Part shown: positions 33,679 to 35,829 of the stretch, piece by piece
How positions within the stretch are numbered: the stretch's first letter is position 1
Layout of the letters: every line of letters starts with the position of its first letter
Virus record (IMG/VR): IMGVR_UViG_3300014202_000320
Coordinates: 1 to 35,829 of that record
From: a virus
Taxonomy: Duplodnaviria > Caudoviricetes
Length of the DNA stretch: 35,829 nt
Reading direction: 5' to 3' (one strand)
The notes under the pieces: generated by a model
What the model was told of the DNA's origin: nothing
What the model saw: the letters and a program-made list of their open reading frames with translations, nothing else
The model's database searches: none
Position numbers and translations under genes: made by a program

Positions 33679-35283
33679 CTAGAACGCATACACTTTGCCG
33701 CTGCGCTTCTTCTTTGGTTGGTCATCGCCATGCCTCTTGGCATCCAACCTGGCTTCGTCTGCCAGGATGCTGGAAATCACAGCGTCAATCTTGTGAGGAC
33801 TACCGGGGCGATCTTTCGTAGGTACAAACCCAAAGTCACCAGTAGAGGTATCCACAATGATTCGAGTCTGTCGCTTGTGAGCGTTCGCTACTTGCTTGGC
33901 AAACTCTTCGTCAGGGTGGTGAGTAAGTGTGCCTTCTGCGATTCCCTCAACCCATCGATGTGTTGCCCAAGCCATAGGCAGATCACGGTTCGTCCACCAG
34001 GGCAAGACAACACGGTCACCGTAGGTTCCCTGCCACGTAGCTATTTGCTCGCCCCAGTGAGGTGGATCACAGTACATACGAACCAAGGTGAACTTATCTG
34101 TCAACTCTCTGAGCGTAAGGTCTACCTGCGCTCGCAAGTTAAAGACGTCTTCCTCTGTTCCGTTGGGGTAGTAAATCAGTGCAGGCCACTGGTAGCGGTC
34201 AGCGAGGCAGGACACAACTAGCGCAGTGCTGTCGTTGTAGAGCGAACCGTCAAAGCCAATGCAGATCAGTTCGCCAGGGACAGGCTCCCTATCGACTGCA
34301 CAAGCCTTCCACTCATCAGGGTCTATGGCTCGCTTATCGCTGCTGCTTCGTTTGTTCCACCAGAAGCGTACGGCTTTGTCTCGTGATCGCTTGAACTTGC
34401 GATATATGCGGTAATCGTCGAGCCATACAGCATCGCCAATAGCATCACGAATCCCCGTAAAGATATCGTCGTCATTCTTTGGGTCCAGTCCATCCCGTGC
34501 ACTACGCAGGTCAAACAAGATTCCAGAGTCTTCGTCTTCTTGCACAGCTCTATGGTCTTGCTCGAGCACTGAGCCTTCACCGACGCCGTACATGGTGGAC
34601 ACCTTCAACCCGTGAGGGTCAGAAGCGCCAAGCTTTGCAAGGTTGTAGTTCAATACCCGATCAAGCTCTAGTAGATCGGGCAGCATCCAAAGGTGTGGCT
34701 CTTCCTCAACAGTGAACGTTGGCCTACCACCATCACGACTGATAGACGAAGAGGTGACCACCCGAGCATTCCCGGCACCGTTGCGCTTAACGGTCACCTT
34801 GGTCAACCCGATGTCAAGGTCGTCAGCGTAGGTAGCCGTTTGGGCTATGTCATAGAACGAAGCCCAAGCCGTATCTTTCACCTGATCTTCAGCCGTAGCC
34901 GCAAAGGGAATGTCAGCAGTGCTACCTAGTTCCCAAAGCGTTGACGCTACAGGGTCACCGTTGGCGTCCCATCCGGCGAATCGGCAAGGGCCGAACAGCT
35001 CAGCATGAGTGATCCACGCTGCTAGCTCAGACTTGCGAGCTCCCTTGAGCCTGCAATAGATGGCCCACTCATAGCGGAACTTGCCAACGTTGCGACGGCA
35101 ATCGCAATGTGGCCGGCTACAGTCTGCAACAGGGTGCACTTCATACATTGAATAGATGAAGCGTTGTTCCTCAAGGGTTAGCTCTACATGTTGGCCCTTT
35201 ACTGGGCCAGGGCCATGACGTAGCTCAGCCTCGATGAAGTCGCAGACGTAGTCACCGATAGAAGGCCAGACAAGATCACTCAT
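33679..35283 (-). CDS. terL: Terminase large subunit
   Basis: Walker A RLKGARKSE, Walker B TVEEEPH, nuclease CIGFDGS..DSTAL, KIDAV. Confidence 0.93.
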   Translation of the reverse strand: MSDLVWPSIGDYVCDFIEAELRHGPGPVKGQHVELTLEEQRFIYSMYEVHPVADCSRPHCDCRRNVGKFRYEWAIYCRLKGARKSELAAWITHAELFGPCRFAGWDANGDPVASTLWELGSTADIPFAATAEDQVKDTAWASFYDIAQTATYADDLDIGLTKVTVKRNGAGNARVVTSSSISRDGGRPTFTVEEEPHLWMLPDLLELDRVLNYNLAKLGASDPHGLKVSTMYGVGEGSVLEQDHRAVQEDEDSGILFDLRSARDGLDPKNDDDIFTGIRDAIGDAVWLDDYRIYRKFKRSRDKAVRFWWNKRSSSDKRAIDPDEWKACAVDREPVPGELICIGFDGSLYNDSTALVVSCLADRYQWPALIYYPNGTEEDVFNLRAQVDLTLRELTDKFTLVRMYCDPPHWGEQIATWQGTYGDRVVLPWWTNRDLPMAWATHRWVEGIAEGTLTHHPDEEFAKQVANAHKRQTRIIVDTSTGDFGFVPTKDRPGSPHKIDAVISSILADEARLDAKRHGDDQPKKKRSGKVYAF

Positions 35284-35313
35284 GCGAGCATCCTCCGTGG
35301 CCTCTCAGGGCCG

Positions 35314-35808
35314 TCAGCTCTTTCGAGGGTCCATGCGCTTGGGTCGCTCTGGCAGGCTCTGCACGCTCGCCAACGTCGTTTCCTGCTCCCCCTTGAGGTA
35401 CGCAGGGTGGTGGCGCCACCGAAGTTGAAGCATGGCCTTGGGATTCAGCCCTAGCTTGTCCTCAATACGCTGAAGGCCAGTGACAGTGGCACCGCTAAAG
35501 TCACCATCTGTAAAGGATTCGTAGAGGAAGATCCATTGCTCAATGATTGAGCGCATATCTTCGGGCCACTGTATTGCCTGAGGTGAAGACCAAAGCCTAT
35601 CCCATGCGGCAACAGCCTGGGTGGACCACTTGGGTTGATAGGTCTTGGTGACCATCTCGCCAGTGTCTTTGTCCACAATGTGCACTTGCTTCTTCTTGAG
35701 TGCAGGCATTGGGGGTATAGGGTTCGGATTGTGGGCCGGAAGCTCAGTCCAGACCATATCGAGTTGATTGCGTCTAGCACGCTCTTCAGCAGGCTTAGGG
35801 TATGCCAT
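35314..35808 (-). CDS. terS: Terminase small subunit
   Basis: WDRLWSSPQAIQW and EDKLGLNPKAMLQLRW motifs; directly upstream of terL. Confidence 0.85.
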   Translation of the reverse strand: MAYPKPAEERARRNQLDMVWTELPAHNPNPIPPMPALKKKQVHIVDKDTGEMVTKTYQPKWSTQAVAAWDRLWSSPQAIQWPEDMRSIIEQWIFLYESFTDGDFSGATVTGLQRIEDKLGLNPKAMLQLRWRHHPAYLKGEQETTLASVQSLPERPKRMDPRKS

Positions 35809-35829
35809 GGTCCGTTACCCCTTTCGTTT

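Overview
The window looks like a complete or near-complete temperate siphovirus genome (35.8 kb), probably circularly opened just upstream of terS. An Actinomycetota host is inferred from SigA-like promoters, GTG/TTG starts and the holin and endolysin style. The + strand carries a few early genes (812-1711) and a long early/middle arm (3246-14983): Cas4/RecB-like nuclease, PDF-motif SSB-like protein, DnaB helicase, AEP primase, RuvC, MazF/PemK-like protein, dCTP deaminase, DUF6378 and many small ORFs. A leftward XRE repressor plus short tyrosine integrase lies at 1708-3011. The - strand late arm (35808-15607) runs terS, terL, portal, MuF-like, an inserted 3-gene fibre-like cassette, scaffold, capsid, connectors, tail tube, frameshifted chaperones, tape measure, two tail-tip genes, amidase and overlapping membrane genes. 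Most notable: (i) a 116-nt tRNA-like RNA and a second multibranch RNA flanking one ORF behind an operator-containing promoter; (ii) a 3-gene cassette in the head module with a 1188-aa 21-aa-repeat adhesin/enzyme-like protein; (iii) a candidate attP inside the repressor gene; (iv) a CGGA-N3-TCCG operator network; (v) a candidate second -1 frameshift at the end of the SSB-like gene. All product calls come from motif recognition by eye, not database searches.
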